Assembly: GCF_009914755.1 (NCBI RefSeq)
Contig: NC_060926.1
DNA from: the human T2T-CHM13v2.0 reference genome, Homo sapiens
Length of the DNA stretch: 64,000 nucleotides
Direction: 5' to 3' (one strand)
Below the pieces are notes generated by a model that was not told where the DNA came from, searched no databases, and was given only the letters and a program-made list of their open reading frames with translations. Position 1 is the first letter of the stretch; each line of letters begins with the position of its first letter. Positions 27,142 through 44,229 of this stretch are shown here, piece after piece. Position numbers and translations under genes: made by a program.

Positions 27142-27951
27142 GAGCTAGCCAGAAAGTAATGCTCCCTGGGTTTTCCCTTTCCTTTCCACCATTCACTGTA
27201 TAGTCTTTTCCTCTGAAGAGGGCTGGGGCTTAGGCTTAGGCAAAATGAAGTAACCAACAGAGCCTCTTTGCAGTAAATTCCAGTTCTCATGAGAAAGATA
27301 ACACCACATCCTGAGAAGTTACAAGGTGCAGGGAAAGAAAAAGACAAAGGGCAATTGTACAGACATCCTGAAGAATTTAAAATGTTTTCAAAACCCTAGA
27401 TGGAGATTTAAACAGAAAATCTAGGACTATGAGCTCCTGAGTTGTCAGGATAATTGAGAACAGGCAATTTCCTAAATGATAATGAAGTAATGCAGAAGAA
27501 ACGTACTTTTTCAGGTTGTACCAAAATAACAAATTTAGAGAGGTCCCAGAGAGACGGTTTGACACACTTGACACACGTCATTCTGGGAGTGAAAAACGGC
27601 ATCCAACCCTGCAAAGGTGAGCACATTGATGCCTTTGAGCTCAGCTTTGCAATCCCATCCCTCGACATCTGGGCTCACCTTACCAGTGACAGGTAAAAGC
27701 AGGCAGCAGATACCAGTTGTCAAAACCAGCCAGCCGTTTCTGCAAGAGGAGCTCAGAGTCAGCCCAGAAGTGGCCCTGGGTGGCAAAGGGCAAACAAACC
27801 CTTGCCCGAGAATAGCCAAGCATATGCAGTTTTGTTGCTGGGAAAGATGTACTTCATGGCACCATCCCGAGTCCCCACAAGTGTGAGCCTAAGGCAAGCC
27901 TAGGCCCTGCGTTAACGATTGGCAAACCCTAGGACCTCAAGAAATACCCTA

Positions 27952-28348
<397 letters not shown>

Positions 28349-29192
28349 TCATGGGCTGGCATTTTTGTGCTGCATTCTTCCCCTCTGCCAGGTGCTGGGC
28401 TAGCCCCTTTCTACCCACCAGCTTTCGTGACTGCACGTCACATTCTAGGAGAGCGGGTTCCCCAAATGCAGACATGCAAGCTGGGGAGAACTCTCAGGCA
28501 GAAGCCCAGCCATGGGAAAGAAGAGAAAATATGGTCAGCAGACTCAGCGCTGGGTGCTTAGGTGTCCTGTGGGTCCTGGTCCTGAAGGTGGGGCAGGGTG
28601 ACCCGCCCATCCCCAGCCTCATCACATGCTCCTGCCCTCTGTGGCAGGATGAGGCCCATGCCTGGCCTGGCGGGAGTGGATGTGAGGGAGTGGATGTCGC
28701 ACTCTACATCCAGCCTGCAGAGTGACTCACAGACACCCACAGCCAAGGCTGCCACGCTTGTCACTCACCCTGAGTGACACGGTGAAGCACCTCCCAGCAC
28801 CCAAGGTAACACAGCTATACCAATAGTAGATAAAGTGCTGGAGAAGAGGAATTTGAGAGACACGAGGAAGCTGGACTGGGAGATGAAGCAACTACTGTGA
28901 AATCTCTTCCCGTTGAGACAGCACAGGAAGTTACACTGAAAATAGGCTATGAGCTGACATGCATGCACAATTTGATTCCACACCTGGATTTCTGAATAAA
29001 ACTAGGAAGAAATGAGGGTTTTATCCAAAAGCACCAAACAAAGCTGTTTTGATGCTGTTAGTTCTGTGCTCTTTTCTTGTCATTTACTTGATCATTAACC
29101 CAAGGTGACACCAAAAAAAAAAAAAATGAAATGTAGGAGACATCCTTCAGCTAGATTAGAAAATCACCCAACCTATAGAAAAACATAAACGC

Positions 29193-29637
<445 letters not shown>

Positions 29638-31071
29638 TCAGTGTATTCTATCTGCAGATAGGCGTTACACTGAATACTACAAAATAGGCTACTTTTATAC
29701 TAGAAGGAATTCAATAAAAGTGAAATACATAAAAGCCCAGTGCTTATAGATTTTTATTATGATTCTTTCAACTAAGCTTTTAAAAATTCTCTGATGTTGG
29801 GAGAAGTATAACCAAGGTATCTTGCAGGACCAGACAAGGTGTCAGGAAGCAAAGTGGGTATGTCTACACAAAGACAAACGCCGGGGAAAAGAAAAACCCC
29901 ATCTTTCCCGGGAGCCATGTTCGAGCTCAACACTCACCCCGATGTGCTTTTGGGGACAGCTTGCTTTATGCCAGTCCCCTTGAGGGTGTGGGGTCCCAGT
30001 GAGGTGGCTCCCACCAGTTGCATCTTTTTATAATCTTTCATGAAAGCGTTTCTTTTGTCTTAAACAGTGGTAATCTGTTTGATGTTCATAGAGATTGATG
30101 AGCGGCCTTGGGTGCCAGCAGAGAATCAGACAGATGGCAATAGTGACAATAAATAATTGTCATGTTTTTCACTTTTGTGGCCTCGACAATTCAAGGGTCT
30201 CAAAACACAGCGGAAATTTAGAATGATAGGAAAGGAAAAGACCTTGGGAAAGGGCATCTCGTCCATCCTTCCAACATCTCACCCCAGGGCTCATACTAAA
30301 CAAGATGCTCTCATGCGCCCTTGGCCCCTGACTGCAGTGGGGATGGCTGTGTTCCCAGTGAGAACACAGGCACAGCCCCTAAGTTACAGGATGTGGCTTC
30401 TTCGTTGCCCCCAGGGGGATGGAAACTTGAAGACTCAAGGGCAGACAATACAGTGAACTCCGGGGCCCTCCCAGTGAGATGGGGAAGCTAAAGACAAGCT
30501 GAGGGCAGGTTTGGTGCAGGAGGTGGCAGCGGCCCCTCCGAGCACCATCCTGGCAGGGAAGGGCCACTTCTGGGAGCTGGAAGGGGCAGATGCTGGGAAC
30601 ATGCCCCAGACTCAAACCACACTGACACAGACCATCACACCATGGACAGCCCTGGCCGCCCTGTTCTTTCCTAGAATAACATGCTCAGTGGCATGCCTGC
30701 TGGAGCCCAAGCCAGGACTTCTTACATGCCGATTCCTCCCCACGGGCTGTTCTTTAGATGTTAAGAGAGGACATGGCAGGAGGTGGTGAACAAGCACTCA
30801 TCTCACCTTCCAGCCGCTATCACAGAGCACCTAATGAACCGCAGTGTGCTAGAATTTCCACATGTGGGTAGAGAGAAAAAGAGGACAGTCTTCACCCAAA
30901 TCTCAGTGCTGGGCACAGGGATAGAAGGATGGTGAGAAGAAATGAAGATCTGTTCTTCCTTCATTTGTCTTCCCATTTCCAATCCTCAAGAACCAGTTTG
31001 AGGAGAATGTCTGCCAAACCAGCTGCAAACATACTACTATTTAAATTTTCTTCATTTCAAAGGGTTTTAGA

Positions 31072-31362
31072 GGCCAGGCACAGTGGCTCACGCCTGTAAT
31101 CCCAGCACTTTGGGAGGCTGGAGTGGGAGGATTGCTTAAGCCCAGGAGTTCCAGACCAGCCTTGGCAACATGGCAAAACCCTATCTCTACAAAAAAATAG
31201 AAAAATTAGCTGGGCGTGGTGGTTCACGTCTGTGGTCCCAGCTACTCAGGAGGCTGAGGTGGGAGGATCACCTGAGCCCAGAAGGTTGAGGCTGGGTTGA
31301 GCCATGTTCATGCCACTGCACTCCAGCCTGGGTGACAGAGTGCAACCCTACCTCAAAAAAAA
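31072..31362 (+). mobile_element. AluJ
   Basis: Full dimer. Confidence 0.93.
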
Positions 31363-31720
31363 GCTTGGGGGGGTGGGGGTCAGGCCTCTTCAGAACTGCG
31401 TGCCTCCTCGTAGGTCCATAATAAGAAGTTCCCCAGCCAAACCACCCAGGGGAGATTACTGTTTGCTGTCCTGGCCCCTCTTCCTTCCCTCGGGGCCCTA
31501 TCTCTCCTGAATTTTACTTGTATCTTCATCCTCACCTCCTTCGCAAAAGAGGATCTTGCCTTGGACTAGAAAAGCAGAAATCATCCCGCATCCATACAGA
31601 TCTTTAATCACATCCTTGTTCTTGAGATCCGAATTTAAAACATAGAGGTGTTGTCAGGCCCTTTAGGGCTTTGCACAGTGTCAAAGCGAGCAATCTGAAT
31701 GGAAGGAGTTTTAATTTTTC

Positions 31721-31866
31721 AAAAATTAGCCAGCAGTGGTGGTGCATGTCTGCAGTCCCAGCTACTTGGGAGGATCATGTTTGAGAACAGGAGGTTGAGA
31801 TTACAATGAGCTATGATCACGCCACTGCCTGGGCAACAGAATGAGACCCTGTACCCAAACATAAAA
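31721..31866 (+). mobile_element. Degraded Alu right arm
   Basis: aaaaattagcc..gtcccagctacttgggagg..gagctatgatcacgccactg. Confidence 0.8.
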
Positions 31867-32227
31867 TCTGACAAATTTCTTCACTTACTCTTTCCAACTA
31901 AAAAAAAAAAAATTTACTTGTTATGCAATCAGAAAACTGACCTCCAAACAGCAAATGTCAGCAAGTCAGTAGCAGGAGCCGACAACTCATTCAGGAAAAA
32001 TGAAGCACTTTTTATAAAAGTCCTGTTTCTGGCTCAGTTATACTGTCCTAAGAACTGACATAGTAAGAAATAAGTCCAGGAATCATTAAAACAAGATAGA
32101 ATCCAATGTCCTACGTGTTCCAAGAACACAGCTGTTCCTCAGAGGCTCAAGGCTTCGGCTACTCCTGTGTCAGCGCGCAACATAAACCCACCACAGAGAA
32201 AACCCAAGCACGAAGCACGACCGTGCT

Positions 32228-32244
32228 CTGCCATCTGGTGGCCA
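32228..32244 (-). promoter_or_regulatory. CTCF motif
   Basis: CTGCCATCTGGTGGCCA, i.e. TGGCCACCAGATGGCAG on the minus strand, near consensus; CpG-retaining unique flank. Confidence 0.7.
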
Positions 32245-32705
32245 AAAGTGAAATGGCCCTGAAGGCGCAAAAGATTGAAAATAGATGTTTCCTAAACTGT
32301 AGTCATCAATAGCGAAACTTTCTCAAGTCGGCTACCAATAAGCAGTGGATGTTAGAATGCTGAAAAAAACAAATCCAATGTTGAAGAACCTCCTTTCTTT
32401 GGCCCTCCAGGCATGAATGAAAAGCTCTTAAATTGCTTGCCTAAATGAGCCCATCTGTTTACTAAACAGGGGTACATGAAAACATCAGTTACTAAGTATG
32501 CAGACTCTTTTGATCCTATGAAAGCACTGACCATCTATCCATGCTATGCAGATCTCTGTTGGTGATATAATTACAAGATGGGAAAGGGAAGTGTGACCGG
32601 GACACTCTGAGAGCCACTTGTAGTCTAAATGAGACACCCCGCAAAAGCAGTCACGTGAGCTTGGAAACTCAAACCCTGCTTTCCTAGCACACTGAAGCCT
32701 CAGAA

Positions 32706-32982
32706 GGCCATGCACACCTGTAATCCCAGCACTTTGGGAGGCCAAAGCAGGTGGATCACTTGAGTCCAGGAGTTTGAGACCAGCCTGGGTAACACAGACA
32801 GACGCCCATCTCTACAAAAAATACAAAAATTAGCTGGCACATGCTTGTAGTCCCAGCGACTCAAGAGGCTGAGGTGGGAGAATCACTTGTGCCTAGGAGG
32901 TTGAAGCTGCAATGAGCCATGGTCACGCTGCCCTTGCACTCCAGCCTGAGCAACTAAGCAAGACCCTATCTCAAAAAAAAAA
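32706..32982 (+). mobile_element. AluJ with small deletions
   Basis: Dimer with A tail. Confidence 0.9.
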
Positions 32983-33015
32983 GGCCTCCAAAAAGTCTGA
33001 GTAAAAAAAAGTTGT

Positions 33016-34653
<1,638 letters not shown>

Positions 34654-34770
34654 GTAAGTTGTTTAACTTTGCTTAACTTAGCTTCCCAAATTCCTTTGAC
34701 CTCTGAATAGGTTGTTGTTTTTTAGGTAGTTGTTTTTTAAATTGTTGTTTGTTGGATTGTTTTCTTTTCT

Positions 34771-34897
34771 GTTTTGTTTTTAGAGATGGGGTCTCCCTAT
34801 GTTATTCAAGCTGGTCTTGAACTCCTGGGCTCAAGCAATCGTTTCCCCTCAGCCTCCCGAGTAGCTGGGATTACAGGCTTGAGCCATCACACAGGGC
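34771..34897 (-). mobile_element. FLAM monomer
   Basis: Monomer; TSD TGTTGGATT. Confidence 0.85.
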
Positions 34898-35361
34898 TCT
34901 GTTGGATTTCTTTCAGTATATCCCAAAGAATTTGTAAAACACAAGTTGAAATGCAAATGCAGTCTCAGCTCTGCAGCTAGCTGAGCGATGTTTTGGAAAG
35001 TTATCTAACCTCCATGTGCTTTTATTTCTTCCAAAATAAATCAAGAGCAGAAAAAAGGTAAAAAGAGAAAATATTTTACTTCAGCCATTCCTAAGCTCTG
35101 CCATCGTTTTCTTATACCAATTTTCAACAACCTTGCACTGTAGATCATCTGGACTACTACTCAAAAATAGCCAACTGGTGACACGCATCTATCCCCTTCC
35201 TCTTTTCAAACCCAACTAGGCAGTGAACGGATAATAAAAGGCTATTCACTCATAAGGACAACAAAAAAAGCAGCACCCAGAGATATTGAACTTCAAGAAA
35301 TGTTTGAAGACAAAGTGGGTGGAGAAATAGCAACCAGCTGAACAGAATAGAGGGTGTTACA

Positions 35362-35660
35362 ATGTGGGGCACATTGTATTTTTCAAAGACATCTGAGATA
35401 CTTCCTCCCACCTACATTCTTCTGCAATGTGACTTTGCCACTCTTCCATCAAAAAGGACAGTCTGATTCCCCTCCCCTTAAATCTGGGTTAGCCTTAGTG
35501 ACTCTTCTATAACCCATAGAGGCCTTGTAGTTAGTTCTGTGGAAACCTTGCTCTCAGAACATTCCTTCTTAGATCCCAGCTGCCATGCTGTGAGGAAGCC
35601 CAAGCCACATGAGTCCTCCCAGCCCAGGTGGCAGACATGAGAGTAAAGAAGCCTCAGACA
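35362..35660 (+). mobile_element. MLT1(F/G/H) LTR fragment
   Basis: tgcaatgtgactttgccactcttccatcaa..gctgccatgctgtgaggaagcccaagc. Confidence 0.7.
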
Positions 35661-35664
35661 GAGA

Positions 35665-35925
35665 CATCTTCTCTGAACACTTTATTGAAAACAACACCTT
35701 CTTTCCTGACAGTGGTCAAAAAAAAAAAAAAAAACACACTTTCGCCTGCCTAATTTTTATTCATAGCCATAATATAATTCATTTGTTTATTATTTTCCCT
35801 AGCTAGACTATAACCTTCATAAAGACAGAGAACCTTATCTTACTATTATATCCTCAACAACTAGAACAATACCTGGCACATAAAAGGAACTCAATAAATA
35901 TTTGATTGATAAGTAAATGAATAAA
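35665..35925 (+). mobile_element. L2a 3' end
   Basis: ctagaacaatacctggcacata..ctcaataaatatttg..aatgaat. Confidence 0.8.
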
Positions 35926-36268
35926 GCAATCAGAAAAAAAAGAACAGGGAGAAACACAATCAATGGATGGAACAGATTAAAACTTCTACAAGGTATTAAC
36001 ATATATATGCACACATATATATGTATATATGTATATACACACACATGTGTGTGTGTGTTTATATAGAGAGACAGATGTGGGAAGCCACTGAGGGAGCAGT
36101 TCAGATAAGAACAAACAGGGTAAAAGAAAGAACTCTTACAAAGTAAAAATGTGGCAGCTGAAATTTAAAAATTCAATAGAATGCTTATCAGATAAGGCTG
36201 ACAAAATCTTCCAGATTATATCTCAAGGAAGAAATGTTAATTAAAAAAAAAATCTTCCAGAAAGTTGT

Positions 36269-36473
36269 ACCAAGAGAAGGTGAGATGGAAAATGTGGGGA
36301 GGGGGAGTTAGGGGATCAGTCCAGGAGGTCTCCTGTCTAATGCAAGTTCCAGAAAACAAGAACAGAGAAAAATGGAACATAGATGAACAATGAAGTGAAA
36401 TCCCAGGAAGCCACATGTGCACCAGCAGAGAACCCCGCCCAGCTGGAGCAGAACACAGGGGTTGGGGCCTGGG
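36269..36473 (+). repeat. Copy 1 of a ~205-bp local duplication
   Basis: About 10 differences from 38634-38837 by manual alignment. Confidence 0.95.
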
Positions 36474-36914
36474 CATCTGGGAAGCATGGGACTGAGGCGG
36501 TGTGATCTGAGCATTTGGAAAAATCATTACAGGATATTTTGTTGGAAAGATCTGTTGAAGTATTTAGGAACCAAAAAATCCTTGTGTAGTGGTAGATCCA
36601 TAGAAAACTACAAAAGTTAAAAAAAAGATATAATTATTGCCTGCAGGAAAAGTAAAATATTGTACAATTTGGCCAGGCAACAGTGAGGCCTGAGTATCCT
36701 TTAACCCCCAGCTGTGATATCACCATGTTGGAAGGATGCAGTGGGGAGAGAAGGGCAGAGAGGACAAGGGAGTGGTATGAGGGAGGTGAGCCCTCAAGTA
36801 CCACAGGAAACCAAAAGATTGCACCCGAGATGGATAACTAAGAACATAATAATATAAGCTTATTATTTAGAAATATGGACAACATACAGAAGAAAGAACC
36901 ACAGCATCCTAGAC

Positions 36915-37982
36915 TATCGGGGAACCTGCCCTGATAGTCACATAGGTTCTTTTCTATTTTCCCTAAGCGTCGGCCAGTTTGAGAAATAAATGGACAGAGT
37001 ACAAAAGAGAGAAATTTTAAAGCTGGGCGTCCAGGGGAGACATCACATGTTGGTAGGTTCCGTGATGCCCCACAAGCTGCAAAACCAGCAAGTTTTTATT
37101 AGGGACTTTCAAAAGGGGAGGGAGTGTACGAATAGGTGTGGGTCACAGAGATCACGTGCTTCACAGGGTAATAGAATATCACAAGGCAAATGGAGGCAGG
37201 GCGAGATCACAGGACCACAGGACCAGGGCAAAATTAAAATTGCTAATGAAGTTTCTGGCACCATTGTCATTGATAACATCTTATCAGGAGACAGGGTTTT
37301 GAGAGCAACCAGTCTGACCAAAATTTATTAGGCAGGGAATTTCCTCTTCCTAATAAGCCTGGGAGTGCTATGGGAGACTGGGGTCTATTTCACCCCTACA
37401 GTTTCAACCATAGAAGACGGCCACACCCAAGGGGGCTGTCTATAAACCCACCCCCAGGCACGTATTCTCTTTCCCAGGGATGTTCTTTTCTGAGAAAAAG
37501 AATTCAGCAATATTTCTCCCATTTGCTTTTGAAAGAAGAGAAATACGGCTCTGTTCCGCCCGGCTCACCTGTGGTCAGAGTTTAAGGTTATCTCTCTTGT
37601 TCCCTGAACATTGCTGTTATCCTGCTCTTTTTTCAAGGTGCCCAGATTTCATATTGTTCAAACACACATGCTCTACAATTTGTGCAGTTAATGCAATTAT
37701 CACAGGGTCCTGAGGCGACATACATCCTCCTCAACTGACAGGATGAAGAGATTAAAGTAAAGACAGGCACAGGAAATCACAAGGGTATTGATTGGTGAAG
37801 TGATAAGTGTCCATGAAGTCTTCACAATTTATGTTCAGAGATTGCAGTAAAGACAGGCATAAGAAATTATAAAAGTATTAATTTGGGGAACTAATAAATG
37901 TCCATGAAATCTTCACAATCCATGTTCTTCTGCCATGGCTTCAGCTGGTCCCTCCGTTTGGGGTCCCTGACTTCCCACAACA
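36915..37982 (-). mobile_element. MER11 (HERV-K HML-8) solo LTR
   Basis: Minus start TGTTGTGGGAAGTCAGGGACCCC; perfect 6-bp TSD CTAGAC. Confidence 0.92.
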
Positions 37983-38045
37983 CTAGACAGGGGCCTTCTG
38001 GGAAGCAGAATGAAGAATAGAGAGAAATGGGAAAGGGGATTAATG

Positions 38046-38343
<298 letters not shown>

Positions 38344-38633
38344 TCATGTTTGTCTTTATAAGCCTTTTGGTATTCATTGATTTTTCAGCCATGTGCATGT
38401 AGGTCTTTGATTTAAAAAAAAAAAAAAATTTAAAAAGGAAAGGAAATAGACTAGAATGAAAGAGACACATGAGAAGACACTGTGGCAGTCTTGGGTAGTG
38501 AGGTCCTGGGCTTTGTTTTGCCTGACTTTTCCTTTTTTGTGTTTTCCAAATTTTCTGTAATAAGGATGTAATATATTTGTACTAGAAAAGTTCAAAATAA
38601 ACATTTTTAACAAACATGCTTACAAATACTTAA

Positions 38634-38837
38634 ACCAAGAGAAGGTGAGATGGAAAATGTGGCGAGGGGGAGTTAGGGGATCAGTCCAGGAGGTCTCCTG
38701 TCTAATGCAAGTTCCAGAAAACAAGAACAGAAAAAATGGAACATAGATGAGCAGTGAAGTGAAATCCCAGGAAGCCACGTGTGCACCAGCAGAGAACCCT
38801 ACCCAGCTGGGGCAGAACACAGGGGGCGGGGCCTGGG
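38634..38837 (+). repeat. Copy 2 of the ~205-bp local duplication
   Basis: About 95% identical to 36269-36473. Confidence 0.95.
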
Positions 38838-38964
38838 AGTCTCAGGGAAGCCCCACTGTAAGTTTCCTGCAGTTGAAGCCATGGGCCCAAAGTGTTGATA
38901 TGCATAAGAATCACCCGGTTCCTTTGTTAGCTCGTTTATGGGGGGAAGAAAGGAATCACATGGT

Positions 38965-39426
<462 letters not shown>

Positions 39427-39559
39427 TCAACTGGGGAGTTACTGAAAATGCAGAACCCCAGGCCCGCCTCAGAGATGTGGACCTTTCTAGAGGCCCTACT
39501 ATATGCTATAGTATTCTCATATAATTCAAAATGTAAAGCAATACCAAACCAGGAAATTA

Positions 39560-39839
39560 TTTTTGATTTTTTATTTTTGAGACAGTCTCTCGCTCTATTG
39601 CCCAAGCTGGGGTACAGTGGTGTGATCTCGGCTCACTGCAACCTCTGCTCCCAAGTGATTCTCACGCCTCAGCTTCCCGAGTAGCTGGGATTACAGGTGT
39701 GCGTCACCACGCCTGGGTAATTTTTTGTATTTGTGGTCTATGTTGCCCAGGCTGATCTCAAACTCCTGACCTCAAGTGATCTGTCCACCTCAGCCTCCCA
39801 AAGTGCTGGGATTACAGGCGTGAGCCACCACACCTGGCC
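39560..39839 (-). mobile_element. Alu with internal deletions
   Basis: TSD AGGAAAT(T/G)ATTTT. Confidence 0.9.
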
Positions 39840-40424
39840 AGGAAATGATTTTTCTAATGTCCTAAGTTATCCAATACATGATACGCATACAGTGGATATG
39901 GAGTTTGAATAGCTGTCTTTCCGCAATGGACCATTTTCTAGCGTGTGTGCATAAGCATGCCCACATGTGCCTCTGCACTACTAATGCTTCAAGCAGGTGC
40001 CAGGCCTGCCTAGCAGCTCATCCAGCCCTGGTCAGAGCTGGGGGACCGAGATTTGTAACCGCATCCCCAGGTGACAGGGGAAACCTGGCTCCAGGACTCC
40101 ATCCCACAGGGCAGAGCTCTCCCACTTTAATCCCTGTACCATTCAGTGCCGGCTAGATCCAGTTCTTTCCCCTGCTCACAACTCTGGGGCCACTCCAACC
40201 ACAGGGGCAAGAGAGATCCTAGGGGCTGCAGCAGCTAGTACTAGCAACTCAACTGCAGAAAAGTTACAATGAAACAAGTTCTCCCAGGCAGAGGGAGTCA
40301 GAGCTCCTGCGGAGGTGTCCACACACCGTTCATTAATGCCTCACCCCTACCACCAAGGGACTGCCAGGTAGGGGGCTTTCCACACGCAGGACGTGGCTGG
40401 ATTGCAAGGTTCCTATGACCCTAG

Positions 40425-40670
40425 AAATCCTGGTTGCCCAGAAAGATTTTGCCACCACAACCACCACTTCCCCCTCATCCCCCAGGGAGTTTAGCAATGT
40501 TTAGGGACATTCTTGTTTTAACGGAGGACTGGAGGAGTGGGGTGCCACTGGCATCTAGTAGGCAGAGGCCGGGCATGCGCTAAAAATCCCACATACGCAA
40601 GACAGCTTTCCCATCGCCCAACTCCAGTAAAAAATTATCTGACCCAAAATGTTAATGGTGCCAAGCTTGA
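40425..40670 (+). mobile_element. MER20 DNA transposon
   Basis: gattttgcc..ctggcatctagta..aattatctgacccaaaatgttaatggtgccaag. Confidence 0.85.
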
Positions 40671-41116
40671 CATGTGCTAGAGCCTGTGATACAATTATTC
40701 AAATAAGATAAAAATATTAGCTCTTCACTTCTTTTACCACAATAAAGCTCTATTATCTATAAACACTCGGCTCAATGGAATGAGTTCCCGGCTGTGTACA
40801 GAAGCTGGGACCATTTATAGACAGGTGCATTTGCAAGAACACCAGTCAATCCTTCCCAAGTTAAATCAAAATACAGACCATTGCCACCTCTCCTTAGAAG
40901 GCACAGATGTAGTCTCATAAAAGACGCTTTGCATATGATTTTTTTTAAGTCTTAGTTCCCACCAGAAGTTGGAGATGGTAAAAAATAAAATCCATATACA
41001 AAACTAGTGAGAAAAACAATTTGACAAGTGATATCCAATGCTAAAAATAAAGTGTTAGTTTCCTAGTATTCAGGAAAATATAAGCTACTGTAAGGCAAGT
41101 TCCAGATATCAGCACA

Positions 41117-41462
41117 GGGCACTGGGCTTCTGGCCTCTGTGCTCCACCACCTGGCAAGCAGCAGGAGACAAAACACCTTAAGGTCCCCAGCCCAGCCCTG
41201 CAGGTGTGTGTGTGTGGGGAGGAGTGGGGGGGCCTGGGGACAGCCATTGACCATGGAGTGGGTATCCCAGTGGGGTCCCCTGAAGGGCAGCAGGCACAGA
41301 AGAGCAGCTTGAGGCTGTCCCAGGGCGGTGGCTGTGTGAGTCTAGTTTTTGCTTTACCAAGTGTACAGAAATCACAATTACTTTTCTCTGATGCTCCCTT
41401 GAAGTCATAGAATTTAGGAGCTTTTTTAAAAAGGAAAAGAAAAACACAACCCCAAAAATAAA
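41117..41462 (+). pseudogene. 5'-truncated retrocopy of an unidentified mRNA 3' end
   Basis: Perfect 13-bp TSD AGATATCAGCACA at 41104-41116 and 41463-41475; A-rich 3' end; non-repeat body. Confidence 0.6.
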
Positions 41463-41847
41463 AGATATCAGCACAACATTTGTTGGGATGAATGAATGTA
41501 CAATTGTGACGTCACACCAGCAATCAAAGCTCTGGCAGTGTGTGAGGGCGAGGTGTCTTATTAACTTTTGTTGTTTGGGTGTGGTAAGGCCACCAGATCA
41601 GGAGAGGGTTGTCATTGAAAAGAGAGTTGGTTATTCACAGCCCCAAGAGGATGGGGCGAGCTACACTATAAAAGGGCCATGCGGGGAAGCCCAGGGTGGT
41701 TTAAGAGGCCATGAGAGAGGGAAAAGTGGGGGCAAGGGAGAGAACACAGTCTTGGGACTGGTGAGTTGGAATAATTTGGGTGGGTTCTGGGACATACGGG
41801 CTGTCCCTCATCGTCTGGTACCTGACTCTAGGATGATTAGGGCAGGT

Positions 41848-41907
41848 AGACCGTAGCCTAGAGTGTGAGACCGCAGCCTAGAGTGTGAGACCACAGCCTA
41901 GAGTGAG
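41848..41907 (+). repeat. 3 x 20-bp tandem repeat
   Basis: AGACC(G/A)(T/C)AGCCTAGAGTGTG three times. Confidence 0.95.
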
Positions 41908-42043
41908 AGCCTTCAAAGGAAGTGGTGGAGTCGTGGGCTCTGGGTTGGTTGGTTTGCATTTGAAAAGCACACTGGAGAGCCAGCTGTCTACTGCTTCTAG
42001 GAACTGGCTAACCTACCAGAGGGTCAGCAAGGCCCAGACATCA

Positions 42044-42365
<322 letters not shown>

Positions 42366-42721
42366 GAGAGAGAGAGATGTGGTTAATACACAAGGGGAAT
42401 GTCAGAGTCAATAACAAAATATGTGACATAATAAGCTGATGCTTGCTGTGTACGCATAGGTCCATGAAAAGGAGATATATATTCAAGGTGAATGGAGTCT
42501 GACTGGGTAGCTTCTTTTTCCCCCTGCAGATTAGATTTTATTTAAATGGCCGGGTCAATTTCAGAGAACGGAAATCTCTAAGGTAAATCAATCATGGGGG
42601 CAGAAAATATTTCTTCACCAAAGAATGTAAGAGAATATAAAGAATTTTCAAATCCCCCCACCCCGTAAAATAACCACACAAATGGCTGGGTCAAAAAAAC
42701 AGACCAATAAAATCATACATA

Positions 42722-43462
<741 letters not shown>

Positions 43463-44229
43463 CAAAAATACTTAAACCATAGCAATAATCAAGTGTTCCC
43501 TATTAACACGCAAATACTCCTGAGAGAGTTATAAAATAGTCATCTCTCCTGGTTGTGGAAATCTCGCAGGAGAAGAAGCTGCTGGCCCTATGCGTTCAAA
43601 TATTAGTGCAGTTCTTGTAAAAGCCACTGTGAGACTCAGCTCAGCCTTCAGCCTTGCGTGCATGTGTGCACGTGAGATGCCAGCTGGGAGCTGGCGAAAG
43701 ATGGAGGACAGGAGGGAGGGGAGGGATGTGAAAGTAGGGAATGAATAGGGCTCATCTGCAAGGCACTGGAGGCAAAAATAGAGAGTGGCAGAGACAAGCC
43801 TACACACCTCGCCCTGAGGTCCCCAGGCTCTCTTCTTCATGCTGCACTCCCTGATGTGACAGTGCAGCCACCCGCGTCAGGATAGGACCAGCACACAGAT
43901 CGGGAAAAGACCCGTGAAGTTTAAGGTGAAAATAGGGCAGGACATGATGTGAAAGAAACTGGCAGGCATGCATCACAGGCCAAGAGGCAAGTGAGGGCCC
44001 AGGTGGTCCACACACCCCACAGGGAGAGGACACTAAGGACCAGGGAGGTGGTACCAGGAAAAAAGCGATGAGCTGAGTCTCTCTTCACCTTGGTTTTACA
44101 CAAACTGAACATAAAGGATGTAAATACCATGGCCAGCCCTCACTTTCCTCAGTAGATGGAGTTTGCACTAAGCCACATGTTCGCAATCCATGAATTGCCA
44201 TTCCTTTGTATCAACAAACATTACTGAGT

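Noticed and set aside
40548-40565. MER20-borne CTCF site
   Set aside because: The core reads CATCTAGTAG, with a key G lost; too weak to call.
41848-41907. CRISPR-like array
   Set aside because: Contiguous units with no spacers, inside a mammalian LTR.
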